From Desulfatiglandales bacterium (GTDB lineage Bacteria > Desulfobacterota > DSM-4660 > Desulfatiglandales > Desulfatiglandaceae), in assembly GCA_963666345.1 (NCBI GenBank), contig OY762721.1, forward strand, positions 3,424,001 to 3,488,000: a stretch of 64,000 nt of DNA. The letters run 5' to 3'. Positions 1 to 10,950 of this stretch are shown piece after piece. Within the stretch, counting starts at the first letter, position 1. Every line of letters starts with the position of its first letter. A program made the position numbers and the translations under genes. The notes beneath the pieces were generated by a model. The model was not told the origin of the DNA and searched no databases. It saw only the letters and a program-made list of their open reading frames with translations.

Positions 1-1017
1 TGCAGGGCCGCATCCCGGAAAGGCCCCTATCCCGGAGAGCTTGATACTGAGAAATGCCTGCAGATATTGGATGAGATAAGTCTTGTGGGCAAACCGATCG
101 TGATCCTCACCGGAGGGGAACCTCTGTTAAAGGAGGATATATTCGAACTGGCAAGATATGGAACCGAAAAGGGCCTCAGGATGGTAATGGCAACCAACGG
201 GACCCTGTTGACCAGGCAGATGGTCCTTAAGATGAAAGATTCGGGCATAAAGAGGGTCAGCATATCTCTTGACGGAGACACTCCGGCGCAGCATGACGAT
301 TTCAGAAAGGTCCCGGGTGCCTTTGAAAGATCCCTGAACGGGATCGAACTGATGAAACAGGAGGGTATGGAGTTTCAGATCAACACCACGGTTACCAGAC
401 ACAATGTCTCAAACGTAGGAGATATCCTTGCACTGGCAACAGGCCTCGGCGCGGTTGCCCATCACCTTTTTCTTCTTGTCCCTACAGGTCGGGCAAAGGA
501 GATGGTCAATCAGGAAATAGATTCCGAGGAATATGAGAAACTCCTTTTGTGGTTCTACAGGATGAGAGACAAGGTGCCGCTTCATCTCAAGGCCACGTGC
601 GCACCGCACTTTTACAGGATATTGAGGCAGGAGGCGCGAAAAGAGGAAAAAGAGGTGGATTTCGATACCTACGGGCTTGATGCCGTTACCCGAGGCTGCC
701 TCGGAGGAACGGCCTTCTGCTTTATTTCCCATGACGGTATAGTGCAGCCTTGCGGATATCTTGAGCTTGATTGCGGGGACCTCAAGAAGACCTCTTTCGA
801 AGACATATGGAAGAATTCGGGCATATTCAAGGAATTACGGGATTTTTCATTGTACAGGGGCAAATGCGGCCGGTGCAAATACATAAGGTTTTGCGGCGGT
901 TGCAGGGCCAGGGCGTATGCCGCGACAGGCGATTACCTGGCCGAGGAACCGCTTTGTGCCTACCAGCCGGAGGCGGGAAAAAGGGGGGATGACCTTAAGC
1001 CCTCGATTTTCCTGTGA
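1..1017 (+). CDS. ahbD: Radical SAM/SPASM heme b synthase AhbD (5'-truncated by window edge)
   Basis: Frame opens with CRAAS (end of CxxxCxxC), then LTGGEPL, SLDG, ATCAPH and SPASM cysteines CGRCKYIRFCGGCRARA; adjacent to ahbA. Confidence 0.85.
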   Translation, partial: CRAASRKGPYPGELDTEKCLQILDEISLVGKPIVILTGGEPLLKEDIFELARYGTEKGLRMVMATNGTLLTRQMVLKMKDSGIKRVSISLDGDTPAQHDDFRKVPGAFERSLNGIELMKQEGMEFQINTTVTRHNVSNVGDILALATGLGAVAHHLFLLVPTGRAKEMVNQEIDSEEYEKLLLWFYRMRDKVPLHLKATCAPHFYRILRQEARKEEKEVDFDTYGLDAVTRGCLGGTAFCFISHDGIVQPCGYLELDCGDLKKTSFEDIWKNSGIFKELRDFSLYRGKCGRCKYIRFCGGCRARAYAATGDYLAEEPLCAYQPEAGKRGDDLKPSIFL

Positions 1018-1057
1018 CATGGAAGATCTCAAACCGCAAGATCGGGGCTCAACCAGG

Positions 1058-1504
1058 ATGGACGATACTGACAGAGGCATACTAAATGAGATACAGTCGG
1101 ATTTTCCTATTACATCGCGTCCCTTCAGGGATCTTGGCAGCAGACTCGGTATTGAAGAGGATGAGGTCCTTGAAAGGGTCGGCAGGCTCAGGGAAAAAGG
1201 CGTCATAAGGAGAATAGGCGGGAACTTTCATTCGGGAAGGCTTGATTTTTCGAGCACTCTCTGTGCCGCCAGGGTGCCTCAGGATAAAATCGAAGATTTT
1301 GTTGAGACAGTTAACTCCTATCCGGGAGTCACACACAATTACCTCAGGAACAACCGATACAATATCTGGTTTACCTTTATCGCCAAAGACATGAAAACGA
1401 TAGAAGACTCCCTTCAGGAGATTTCAAGAAAAACGGGTATAGAGGAAATTTACAGCATGCCGGCTGTAAAGACCTTCAAGATAAAGGTCGACTTTGATGT
1501 TTGA
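1058..1504 (+). CDS. ahbA: Siroheme decarboxylase alpha subunit (Lrp/AsnC-like)
   Basis: MDDTDRGILNEIQSDFPITSRPF, GVIRRIG, GVTHNYLR, YNIWFTF; start could also be 1019. Confidence 0.85.
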   Translation: MDDTDRGILNEIQSDFPITSRPFRDLGSRLGIEEDEVLERVGRLREKGVIRRIGGNFHSGRLDFSSTLCAARVPQDKIEDFVETVNSYPGVTHNYLRNNRYNIWFTFIAKDMKTIEDSLQEISRKTGIEEIYSMPAVKTFKIKVDFDV

Positions 1505-1509
1505 TAGTA

Positions 1510-1797
1510 TCAGTCATCATACCGGGAAAGTATTTCATTGGCCTCTGATTCACTCATAAACCCTTCTTCCACAAGGATTTCGGCGATTCCATTCCTTCTC
1601 AGGCTGTCAATCTCAAGGATCTTCTCATTGCTCTTGGCATGGGTGCTGAATATGGTCTGCTCCAGCGTGAATTCCGATTTCTTTAATAGCCTCAATTTCC
1701 AGCCGTCCAGAATGATGTAATGGTAGCCCATGAGAAAGTAGAGGAGGGCTGCGAGACCGCCCCAGAAAATTAGTTTTTTCAGAAATCTTGCAAGCAT
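1510..1797 (-). CDS. Small hypothetical membrane-anchored protein
   Basis: 95-aa ORF, N-terminal TM segment, GGGGA RBS. Confidence 0.65.
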   Translation of the reverse strand: MLARFLKKLIFWGGLAALLYFLMGYHYIILDGWKLRLLKKSEFTLEQTIFSTHAKSNEKILEIDSLRRNGIAEILVEEGFMSESEANEILSRYDD

Positions 1798-2264
1798 TTC
1801 AATCCCCTGGTTTTTCTAGAGTGCATGCTGATGCCGCATGCTTCAGATATGCTACTTTAGTAATTTTCCTCAATCTTAGCAAGACAGATCTTGCGCTGCG
1901 GCGCCGGTACTCCTTTCTCCGGCCGCTGTTACTTTCCGTGGTATTTTTTATGAGATAAGGCCGGAAAAAAGAGCCCCGGCGCCTGCGCTTGTGCGTAAGG
2001 CAGGCAGAGGTATGGGAAAAAGGGAGGGGGTCTTTTCCCTTTCCCGCATTTCACGCCTTTCTCGCCCACTTATAACCAGTAACGAATAAGGCCGCCGTTG
2101 GTTTGTTTTTACGTATTTTTCGTCCATTTATCGACCACTATGGAACTGCAAATTAATCGGGTAGTGCGGTCTTTTTTATTGCAAAGGCGGTGCATGTTCT
2201 GTATGGGATAAGGGTGAAATTTACCGAATGACTCCATATAATATGAAACCGAAAGGGATGAGGT

Positions 2265-3152
2265 ATGAAAGGAATAATTCTCGCGGGCGGGTCCGGTACC
2301 AGGCTCTATCCCATTACACGTGTGGTGTGCAAACAACTTCTGCCCGTATATGACAAGCCGATGATATATTACCCCCTGTCCGTGCTTATGCTTGCAGGCA
2401 TTCGCGATATACTTGTGATCTCGACTCCCACCGATCTGCCCCTGTTCAAGGAACTTCTGATGGACGGATCTCAGTGGGGGCTGAACCTGTCATATATCGA
2501 ACAGCCAAGGCCAGAGGGTCTGGCCCAGGCGTTTATCCTGGGACGCGATTTTATCGGTAAGGACAATGTATGTATGATCCTTGGGGACAATATCTTTTAC
2601 GGGCATGGAATGCCTGATAAACTGAAGAAGGCGGTAGACAAAAAAGACGGGGCAACCGTTTTCGGATACTGGGTCAAGGATCCGGAACGTTACGGAGTGG
2701 TAAGCTTCGGTGACAAGGGCCGTGCAAAGGAGATAGAGGAAAAGCCTTCCCGGCCAAAGTCGAACTACGCAGTCACCGGGCTCTACTTTTATGATAACAG
2801 GGTAGTGGAGATCGCTTCAGGCCTTAAACCTTCAAAACGGGGTGAGCTTGAGATCACGGATGTGAATCGGGCATATTTGGAGTCCGGGTCTCTGTTCGTG
2901 GAAACCCTGGGAAGGGGAATCGCCTGGCTTGATACAGGCACGCATGCCAGCCTGCTGCAGGCGTCCAATTTTATCCAGGTTCTTGAGGAAAGACAGGGTC
3001 TGAAGGTATCATGCGTTGAGGAGATAGCATACAGAATGGGCTATATAGACGCAGGGCAACTGGAAGCCCTTGCAAAGCCGCTTTCAAAGAACCGCTACGG
3101 TCAGTATATCATGGAACTGGTAAGACATTATGAAACATCGGGCTCGGCATAA
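2265..3152 (+). CDS. rfbA: Glucose-1-phosphate thymidylyltransferase
   Basis: [45 protein letters not shown]. Confidence 0.97.
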   Translation: MKGIILAGGSGTRLYPITRVVCKQLLPVYDKPMIYYPLSVLMLAGIRDILVISTPTDLPLFKELLMDGSQWGLNLSYIEQPRPEGLAQAFILGRDFIGKDNVCMILGDNIFYGHGMPDKLKKAVDKKDGATVFGYWVKDPERYGVVSFGDKGRAKEIEEKPSRPKSNYAVTGLYFYDNRVVEIASGLKPSKRGELEITDVNRAYLESGSLFVETLGRGIAWLDTGTHASLLQASNFIQVLEERQGLKVSCVEEIAYRMGYIDAGQLEALAKPLSKNRYGQYIMELVRHYETSGSA

Positions 3153-3272
3153 TCGATTAGGTGATTTAAGGATGCCCGGGTCCATTTTCCTGAAGTAGAC
3201 CGGCAGAGGTTTTAAAGGCAGGAAGAGGCCGGTACATGGGCCATGCATCCGGACCATGAAAGGATATCCGTT

Positions 3273-3833
3273 TTGAAAGTAACTGCTACTTCATTACCCG
3301 AAGTGCTTGTCATAGAACCTGATGTGTTCCGGGACAAAAGGGGATATTTTGAGGAAACATACCATGTGCGGAGGTACAGGGAGTTTGGAATGGGAGCCTC
3401 TTTTGTGCAGGATAATGTGTCTTTTTCGTCTAAAGGCACCCTGCGGGGGCTTCATTTCCAGTATCCTTTTCCGCAGGCAAAGCTTGTCCAGGTCCTCAGG
3501 GGTGAGGTCTTTGATGTGGCTGTCGACATCAGGCGCGGATCTCCTACCTTCGGGCGATGGACCGGGATCCGACTGACAGAGATTAATATGAAGCAGTTAT
3601 ATATCCCGGAGGGCTTTGCCCATGGTTTCTGCGTTATGAGCGATCATGCCCTTTTTATCTACAAGTGCAGTAACTTCTACAACCGTGAAACCGAGCGGGG
3701 CATCCTCTGGAATGACCCGGACCTGGATATAGACTGGCCCGTTAAGGAGCCTGTCATCTCTGAAAAGGACGGTGAAAATCCCCTTCTTAAAGACCTGCCG
3801 GATGAATTCATGCCCTTATCAGACGAGGAATAA
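3273..3833 (+). CDS. rfbC: dTDP-4-dehydrorhamnose 3,5-epimerase
   Basis: FVQDNVSFS, LRGLHFQ, DVAVDIRRGSPTFG, PEGFAHGF; probable TTG start at 3273. Confidence 0.95.
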   Translation: MKVTATSLPEVLVIEPDVFRDKRGYFEETYHVRRYREFGMGASFVQDNVSFSSKGTLRGLHFQYPFPQAKLVQVLRGEVFDVAVDIRRGSPTFGRWTGIRLTEINMKQLYIPEGFAHGFCVMSDHALFIYKCSNFYNRETERGILWNDPDLDIDWPVKEPVISEKDGENPLLKDLPDEFMPLSDEE

Positions 3834-4127
3834 GAAACGCGCTAGAGATTCAGCAACCGAATGCCGGTTTCTTCACTCCGCTATCCGGTTCCTTTACTTC
3901 AGGTTTTCCACAAGGGACTTTTTATTCAACTATGGAAAATCCGGTTCCGCCTGAATGACCCGGCATAGGGGACGTCAGTTCCTTAATCAACGGGTCAGTG
4001 GAGGGTGGATGAAATCAGTCGAGGGCCTCCAAGGTTTTGAGGGGGGGGGCCAAGAAAATCATTGATCTAAAGAGCCCACCTCTGGCAGAGTGGGGCGTGA
4101 TTTTAAAAATATGGAGAGGTATATGTC

Positions 4128-4778
4128 ATGCTGCTCAAAGATAAAATTGAAAAACTGAATAAGTCATTTTTTAAGGACTTTCCCGAAGACGATCTCAAGG
4201 TCTTGAAAGATGGCATCGATGAACTTGTCAGATCCGATATAAGCCAGCGCGCGATCGATGTGGGAGAAAAAATACCCGCCTTTACCCTTCCAAACAGCAA
4301 TGGAGAGGAACGCGACATAAAATCCCTGCTGCAGAAAGGACCGCTTATTATCTCATTTTACCGGGGCCAGTGGTGTCCATACTGTAATCTGGAGCTGAGG
4401 GCCTATGATGAGGTCGTGGAAAATATAGCGGATCTCGGCGCATCCCTTGTGGCTGTTTCACCTCAGACGATCAAATATTCGGAATCCACGCGCCGCATGA
4501 ACGACCTGGAATATGAGCTTTTGAGCGATGCCGGCAATAGAATCGCCGGTTCTTTCGGCCTGGCATTCAGGGTCTCCCGGGACATGCAGAGGGTCTATTC
4601 AGATCACGGTATGCTGCTTCCCAAATACAACGGGGATGAATCATGGCAACTGCCGGTGCCGGGCACCTTTGTGATAGATTCAGACGGCATTGTTATCGGC
4701 CGTTTCATGGATGAAGACTATTCCAGACGTGCGGAACCTTCCGAGGTAGTGGATGTGTTAAGGTCACTGAGGCAATAA
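4128..4778 (+). CDS. AhpC/TSA family peroxiredoxin-like protein
   Basis: FYRGQWCPYCNLEL, LVAVSPQ, LPVPGTFVID. Confidence 0.9.
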   Translation: MLLKDKIEKLNKSFFKDFPEDDLKVLKDGIDELVRSDISQRAIDVGEKIPAFTLPNSNGEERDIKSLLQKGPLIISFYRGQWCPYCNLELRAYDEVVENIADLGASLVAVSPQTIKYSESTRRMNDLEYELLSDAGNRIAGSFGLAFRVSRDMQRVYSDHGMLLPKYNGDESWQLPVPGTFVIDSDGIVIGRFMDEDYSRRAEPSEVVDVLRSLRQ

Positions 4779-4888
4779 TCGGGCGGAGGCGGATCCTTGT
4801 GAGGGTGCTGCTAAGGGGGGCCTTTGGATTAGCTGAATAACGGGTTTAATAGACGCAGTTCTGAACTGGGAGAGAAGGGCTGTGAGGG

Positions 4889-5140
4889 ATGGGGAAAATG
4901 CATACCCGAAAAAATCCGGACATAGACCCTGATATGACTGTTTTTGATATCATCGACAACTGGCGGGAAACCGAATCGGTTTTCAAAGGCTATGATGAGA
5001 TTGCGGGAGAGTGCGTGTGCTGCAATGCACTATTTGATACTGTCAGGCAGATGGTCATGCGGTATGAACTTGATCTGGACAAAGTTGTTTCCGAATTAAA
5101 GGGTGCGGCCTTTAAAACTACTGGCCGACCCGGTGACTGA
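4889..5140 (+). CDS. Small DUF1858-like protein
   Basis: IDPDMTVFDII...TESVF...CVCC pattern. Confidence 0.6.
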   Translation: MGKMHTRKNPDIDPDMTVFDIIDNWRETESVFKGYDEIAGECVCCNALFDTVRQMVMRYELDLDKVVSELKGAAFKTTGRPGD

Positions 5141-5439
5141 TTCACCGGGTCGTAAGGACACCTTTAAAAAAACCAACAAAATTCAGTATACCAGCCTAAA
5201 CTCAATTCATGGCTTCCCGAGGCGGTCGCAATTTTACCTAGGTTGAGGCATCCTCCGGTTCAGTAAGAAATTGAGCATGGAGAAAGTTTTGTGGGATGCT
5301 CTAGGAATGATTAGGAGTGGCCAACATCTGAGAAAAAACTTTTGAGAAGGTAATTTCTATCGGATAAGAAAATGTATCCTGCGCCAAATCGTAGTTTATT
5401 TTAGATGATCGATATCGGGCACCTTGAAAATATGCCCTG

Positions 5440-5601
5440 CTATTCTCCTCTGATCCATTTGTCAATGGCTTCTTTGTCGAAACGCCATCTGCTTCCTATC
5501 CTGACTGCCGGAATTTTTCCCTCTGCAGCATACTTTAGAATGCTGATCTCATGCAGCCTCAGATATTTGGCTACTTCTTTTGTTGTCATTATCTGTGCCA
5601 T
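5440..5601 (-). CDS. Excisionase-family (HTH_17) DNA-binding protein
   Basis: IMTTKEVAKYLRL, GKIPAVRIGSRWRF; AAGGAG RBS. Confidence 0.85.
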   Translation of the reverse strand: MAQIMTTKEVAKYLRLHEISILKYAAEGKIPAVRIGSRWRFDKEAIDKWIRGE

Positions 5602-6103
5602 GATGAACTCCTTTCCAATCATATTTTGTAACGGTTTCCCCTACTTCACAACAAATAAAGGAAACTAAATTCCTTAAAAAATAATACCGAATATATGAAA
5701 ATTCAACCATTGAACTGAGAAAAAACAAATAATTTGAGTAAATATTTGCTTTTTAAACCTTATTTATTGGGCTGATTTACATTTATCGCTGAATATTTAC
5801 TTTAATATGTTTTCGGGTGAAAAGATATAGATTCCTAATAAACCGGATCGGCAGAAAGGATTCGAGGGGCATTCAGGATAATACAGAGGCAAGGTTATCG
5901 GGCCTTTGCCCTTTTCATCTTGACTTAATGGCGTCTCCAATTTATTTTGACCTGCAGTCGGTTTTTTTCGAATGCTTTCAAAACGTAAGACAGTTTGAAA
6001 GGATTTGGAGGGGATATGTCGTTTCGCCTAATCAGGGTTGATTTCGCTTATCTTCTTTTTTAACAGAAACAGAAATATTCAATGAAGGAGCAGATAAGGG
6101 ACC

Positions 6104-6382
6104 ATGACGCTTACGAAAGCAAGTGTAGTCGATCATATTGCAAATAATGGATATTCAGGAAAAGAAGCCTCTGATATGGTAGAGACGCTTTTGGAGATTA
6201 TCAAAGGCACGCTTGAAAAAGGCGATGACCTTCTCATTTCAGGCTTCGGGAAGTTTTCCGTAAAGGACAAGAGGAAACGAAAGGGCAGAAATCCTGCAAG
6301 CGGCGAGGAAATGATGCTCAGCCCCCGCAGGGTTGTTACATTTAAATGCTCGAACTTACTGAGGGAAAAGATAAATAAGTGA
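6104..6382 (+). CDS. ihfA: Integration host factor alpha-like protein
   Basis: MTLTKA, ISGFGKF, GRNPASGE, RRVVTFK. Confidence 0.85.
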   Translation: MTLTKASVVDHIANNGYSGKEASDMVETLLEIIKGTLEKGDDLLISGFGKFSVKDKRKRKGRNPASGEEMMLSPRRVVTFKCSNLLREKINK

Positions 6383-6463
6383 AAAAACACCGTTGATTTT
6401 TGCTGTTTCAGTTTCATGCCTTTTGCCTTGGAACAGGTTTTCCCGGGCATCGGAAAAAAAGTT

Positions 6464-6790
6464 ATGGACGTGTCCAGGGCCTTTGATATCCTTGAAGTAA
6501 AAAAAGATGCCACCCTTGAGGAGGTGCAGCAGGCCTACAAAGATCTGGTGAACGTCTGGCACCCTGATCGGTTTTCCCATAACCAGAGACTCAAGAAAAA
6601 GGCTGAGGAAAAACTAAAGGAGACCAACATCGCCTATGAAAGACTGCTGGAGTTTCTGGGCACCGGGAACAGGTCGGCAGGTGTCTCAAAAGGGGCAAGG
6701 ACTGAAGCCGCCTTTGAGGTCGGCACGGAGATCGTCCTTACTGTTTTTTCTCAGGTCTGTAAGGCCGTCAGAAAGGTCGTGAATGGTTAA
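6464..6790 (+). CDS. J-domain (DnaJ-like) protein
   Basis: AYKDLVNVWHPDRF HPD motif. Confidence 0.85.
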   Translation: MDVSRAFDILEVKKDATLEEVQQAYKDLVNVWHPDRFSHNQRLKKKAEEKLKETNIAYERLLEFLGTGNRSAGVSKGARTEAAFEVGTEIVLTVFSQVCKAVRKVVNG

Positions 6791-6897
6791 CCTTCCGGCA
6801 GGGGATCCGGGTGTGGCCTCTGAATATATCGGCAGGTTTATGCCCCGGCCGGTTTTTGTAATTGCTATCCATTGATAACTTTTCCCCGCGTCACTGA

Positions 6898-7281
6898 TCA
6901 GGAATTGAGCCTTTGTTCCCAATCGAAATTCCTTTCGGTTACCCTGTGCTCCATCCTCTGGATGCGATGTTCCAGGTTTTCATATTTTTTCCTTATCCGT
7001 TCTGTCGCGCCCCTTCTTGAATTGAGGTAGCTGTCATAAAATTCCTGCTGGTCGATGTTTTCTATAGGTATTACAGGCTCAGGCTTTAGAAGAAGTGCTG
7101 CAATAAAATACATTGCCATTAAAGGCCAAAGCCCTGTAAAGATAAGCAGTATAAAGGCAGTTGCCCTTGTCCAGAAGATGGAAAAATCGAAGTATTCCGC
7201 GATTCCCCTGCATACGCCCAATATGATCCCTTTGCGGGAACGGTACATGCCGCCATGAACCAACCTGTCAAATCTTTTCAT
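6898..7281 (-). CDS. pspC: Phage shock protein C
   Basis: YRSRKGIILGVCRGIAEYF PspC domain; operon context. Confidence 0.9.
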   Translation of the reverse strand: MKRFDRLVHGGMYRSRKGIILGVCRGIAEYFDFSIFWTRATAFILLIFTGLWPLMAMYFIAALLLKPEPVIPIENIDQQEFYDSYLNSRRGATERIRKKYENLEHRIQRMEHRVTERNFDWEQRLNS

Positions 7282-7526
7282 AAGGAGTGGTCCTTTCCTT
7301 TGTGATCCAGAATAATCGTTTCTAGTGCCCCTATCCTTTCCTCCATCCTTGAAAGGCCTTGATATATCTCCTGAATCATCCTGGCTTCGTCGGCCTTTAT
7401 TTTTTTTCCTCTTGGGGAGTCTTCCCCCCTTATTATCTTAATCGCCATCACTACAGTGCTTCCGATAATGGCCAGGGCCAGGACGATGGCTGCAAGGATG
7501 GTTGCGAAGAAAAAGAGTGCATTCAT
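7278..7526 (-). CDS. pspB: Phage shock protein B-like
   Basis: N-terminal TM plus RMEERIGALETII; lies between pspA and pspC. Confidence 0.8.
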   Translation of the reverse strand: MNALFFFATILAAIVLALAIIGSTVVMAIKIIRGEDSPRGKKIKADEARMIQEIYQGLSRMEERIGALETIILDHKGKDHSL

Positions 7527-7718
7527 ATTTCAATTATCTCCGGAAAATTTGTTCCCGCTTTTATTAGGCTTTGTTAAAATCTCCTGCAGTTTGCCGCAGG
7601 AAGCTCCATCTGATTTTGCCTCTGTACCGCCTTTTGAAATGATACATGCAGGCGGCAGCGATTTCAATCATTTCCGGGGATCACCCTTATCCTTCGGAAA
7701 AATGATATCTGATGCCTG

Positions 7719-8405
7719 TTATTGCCCTTCCTTGTCTTTGCCGGGATCCTTTGAGATAGAAGACTTTATTCTTTCGAGCTCTTTTTCGATGTCATCGTCC
7801 GCCGTAATGCTTACGAATTGTGTCTCAAGGGATTCCTTTCTGCCGTAGTTAACCAGATCCGCTTCAGCCTCCATCCTTTCGATGCGGTTTTCCAGTTCCT
7901 CGAACTTGAGGATGGCATCTGAAGACTCTATTTTTCTTATCTCTTTCTGTGCCTGCCTTTTTGTCCTGGCATGAATATGCCTTTGTACCAGCATGCGCTG
8001 TTTGTCTTTTGCCGAGCCAAGCTTGTCTTCAAGCTGGCTGATATCCTCCTGGTAGTTTTCCACAAGGGCTTTGGCTTCAATAAGTTCTCTTTCAAGCGAG
8101 CCGGCCTTTTCAGAGAATCTGCGTCTCTCCAGGAGAGCCTCCCTTGCGAGATCGTCGCGACCTTTGCTTACTGCAAGTCCGGCCCGATCTTTCCACAGGA
8201 ATTCCTGGGATTTAGCGTCTTCAAGTTGCCTTTCAACCTTTTTGCCCTGAGCCATTATACCCGCACAGGATGCCTTTATTTCGACAAGGGTGTCTTCCAT
8301 CTCCCTTATCATGAGTCTTATAAGTTTTTCAGGGTCTTCAGCCCTGTCAAGCATGGCATTGATGTTTGAACTGACAATATCGCGAAATCTGGTGAAAATT
8401 CCCAT
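7719..8405 (-). CDS. pspA: Phage shock protein A
   Basis: MGIFTRFRDIVSSNINAMLDRAEDPEKLIRLMIREMEDTL; GGAGG RBS. Confidence 0.95.
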   Translation of the reverse strand: MGIFTRFRDIVSSNINAMLDRAEDPEKLIRLMIREMEDTLVEIKASCAGIMAQGKKVERQLEDAKSQEFLWKDRAGLAVSKGRDDLAREALLERRRFSEKAGSLERELIEAKALVENYQEDISQLEDKLGSAKDKQRMLVQRHIHARTKRQAQKEIRKIESSDAILKFEELENRIERMEAEADLVNYGRKESLETQFVSITADDDIEKELERIKSSISKDPGKDKEGQ

Positions 8406-8446
8406 GGCACGACCTCCGGATAGATGTTTTTTCAGATATCTAAAAG

Positions 8447-8462
8447 GCATGAATCGTGCCAA
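8447..8462 (-). promoter_or_regulatory. Sigma54 -24/-12 promoter of pspA
   Basis: Minus strand TTGGCACGATTCATGC: GG-N10-GC; divergent from pspF. Confidence 0.9.
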
Positions 8463-8581
8463 AAGGGTTGCTTAAACGATATATTTGAAAAATCAGGGTG
8501 TTATGCCTTGACAAAAATGGTTTAACTGCAGTAATAAAAACTATTAATTAACGATATAGCTATTTGTTGGTAATAATTACC

Positions 8582-9628
8582 ATGATATCTGAAGATGACC
8601 GCATGTTTGATAGCGATGAAAAGGACCCTTTAAACCTGCCCGAGGCCTTGGGCCAGTCAGATGTATTCCTCGAATTCCAGGAACGACTTTCCCTTGTGGC
8701 TCCGGTTGAAAGGCCGGTGATACTTCTGGGTGAAAGAGGTACGGGTAAGGAGCTTGCCGCGATAAGGCTCCATTATCTATCAAGGCGATGGAAAGGCCCC
8801 TTTATGGCGCTCAATTGCGCCGCATTGAGTCCCACCCTGCTTGAGTCTGAGCTGTTCGGTTATGAAAAGGGCGCCTTTACAGGGGCAGATCGACGCCGAA
8901 CCGGAAGATTCGAAGCTGCCCACGGCGGCACCCTGTTCCTGGATGAAATAGGAAGCATACCCCTTGAGGTACAGGAAAAGATACTTCGTGTTGTTGAATA
9001 CGGTTCCTTTGAGCGGGTTGGAAGCCCTCAAAAGGTCGAGATCGATGTAAGGATCATCGCAGCCACTAACGCGGACCTCAAGGGCATCGCCTCTTCGGGT
9101 GGTTTCAAGGAGGATCTTTTGGACAGGCTGTCCTTTGAGGTATTAATCCTGCCGCCTCTGAGAGAAAGGGGAGATGATATCCTCCTTCTTGCCCACCATT
9201 TTGCCGCCAGGATGGCGTTCGAACTGGAAAGGGAGGAGATCCCCGGCTTTGATGATGATGCAATCAGGGCGCTTGAAGCCTATCAATGGCCCGGGAACAT
9301 AAGAGAATTGAAAAATGTGGTTGAAAGGGCGGTATACCGTTCCGGGACTTGTCTTGTAAAAGAGGTCGATTTTGATCCATTTAAAAGAGGCGAGCCTGTT
9401 TCAAGACAGTTACCGGTCGGCAGGGATGATGAAAAAAATGATACTGTTTTTGAAAAAGGCTTTTTTTCCATGCCTTTTAAGTCGGCTCAAAAGGAACTTG
9501 AGCTTGTATTTCTGAAAAAATCATTGCGGCAGTCAAGGTATAATCAGAAAAAGGCCGCGTTAATTCTCGGCCTCACCTACCATCAATTCAGGGGCCTTTA
9601 CAGAAAGTACAAGGATGAACTGGATTGA
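8582..9628 (+). CDS. pspF: Psp operon sigma54 activator
   Basis: [29 protein letters not shown]-terminal HTH; no receiver domain. Confidence 0.93.
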   Translation: MISEDDRMFDSDEKDPLNLPEALGQSDVFLEFQERLSLVAPVERPVILLGERGTGKELAAIRLHYLSRRWKGPFMALNCAALSPTLLESELFGYEKGAFTGADRRRTGRFEAAHGGTLFLDEIGSIPLEVQEKILRVVEYGSFERVGSPQKVEIDVRIIAATNADLKGIASSGGFKEDLLDRLSFEVLILPPLRERGDDILLLAHHFAARMAFELEREEIPGFDDDAIRALEAYQWPGNIRELKNVVERAVYRSGTCLVKEVDFDPFKRGEPVSRQLPVGRDDEKNDTVFEKGFFSMPFKSAQKELELVFLKKSLRQSRYNQKKAALILGLTYHQFRGLYRKYKDELD

Positions 9629-9698
9629 TTCTGAATCATTTGATCTGTGCGCGTTTAACTGAAGGAATAAAACCGTATCTTAATGGATAATTTAAAAG

Positions 9699-10676
9699 AT
9701 GTTTAACCTCCTTTTTTCCCTGGGTCTTATTTTGTCAGGTCTGACTCTCGGCTATTTGATTCAGCAATTAGACAGATGTGGGGCTTTAAAACTCCCTTTT
9801 CCTTTGGAAGAGGTCAGAAAATTTCTTCAGAAAATCGGGCTTTTTTTCTTTATGTCGATCTCATTCCTGGGCGCGGTATGGGTGATCAGGATAGGTGATA
9901 TGAGGATTATAACACTGCCTGCACTCTGTGTTTTAGCGCTTCTGCTCGGAGGGGTTCTCGCCCTTTTCGCCGCGCGTGTTATGCGCCTCGGCAGAAGACA
10001 GACCGGGGCGTACTATGCCTGCGGATCATTTACGAACATAGGGTCTGTAGGCGCGCTGGTTGTTTTTATTTTTTTAGGGGAACAGGCCTTTGCCTTGGTA
10101 CCGCTCTATAAGTTGTTCGAAGAGATGACATATTACGCCATTGGATTTCCGATCACCAAGTTTTATTCCTCGGAGCGGGGCAAAAAAGAAAGGCTTGGCA
10201 GCAGATTGAAAAAGGTCTTTACCGATGCATTTGTTCTTGTTGCGCTCGGCGCGCTGACAGTGGGAGGAGTTTTGAACCTGACGGGGATTGAAAGGCCTCC
10301 CTTTTTTGGAGCGGTTACCTCCCTTTTTGTTCCTGTCGGCACCTTTATCCTTCTGGTATCGATAGGAATGGCAATGAGGATATCGAGTATAAATAAATAT
10401 CTGACTCAGGGGATGGTGATTGCGGCAATAAAATTTGTTGCTATCCCTGCGGTCATAGGGAGCCTTGCCTATATGCTTGGTTTCGGAAAAATAGAAGGGG
10501 GCCTTCCCTTGAAGGTCGTTCTTATACTAAGTTCCATGCCCGTTGCATTCACGGCATTGGTTCCCCCGTCACTCTACGACCTTGACATAGATCTGGCGAA
10601 TGCCTGCTGGTTTACAACAACCGTCGGTCTTTTGGCGATCCTTCCCTGGCTCTATTTTTTGATCTCTTTCATTTGA
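9699..10676 (+). CDS. AEC (auxin efflux carrier)-like membrane transporter
   Basis: About 10 TM segments, SFTNIGSVG and SSMPVA repeats. Confidence 0.7.
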   Translation: MFNLLFSLGLILSGLTLGYLIQQLDRCGALKLPFPLEEVRKFLQKIGLFFFMSISFLGAVWVIRIGDMRIITLPALCVLALLLGGVLALFAARVMRLGRRQTGAYYACGSFTNIGSVGALVVFIFLGEQAFALVPLYKLFEEMTYYAIGFPITKFYSSERGKKERLGSRLKKVFTDAFVLVALGALTVGGVLNLTGIERPPFFGAVTSLFVPVGTFILLVSIGMAMRISSINKYLTQGMVIAAIKFVAIPAVIGSLAYMLGFGKIEGGLPLKVVLILSSMPVAFTALVPPSLYDLDIDLANACWFTTTVGLLAILPWLYFLISFI

Positions 10677-10854
10677 GATCCTCCTGTATTTTATCTTTCA
10701 TGCCTTCTGCAAGTACATATCCGTTCTGAGTCAAATAAATACTCCTATTTTAAACTGGAAAATCCGGTGCGGGACCTCTTTCCCTTAATCTGTAAAGGGA
10801 TTTTTTAACGGTCAATGATTTTTTTCTTGACAGCATGCCGGGGGGCGTATATTG

Positions 10855-10872
10855 AATTTTGTATGCAAAATT
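10855..10872. promoter_or_regulatory. Candidate GntR/FadR operator
   Basis: Palindrome AATTTTGTATGCAAAATT just downstream of TTGACA (10827) and upstream of the GntR gene. Confidence 0.55.
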
Positions 10873-10950
10873 TTTAATTCAAAAAGTGCTGTTGAATAAT
10901 CATCTGAACGATTCCTTATAACCCTCAAACTAACCCTATGGAGTGCCCTG

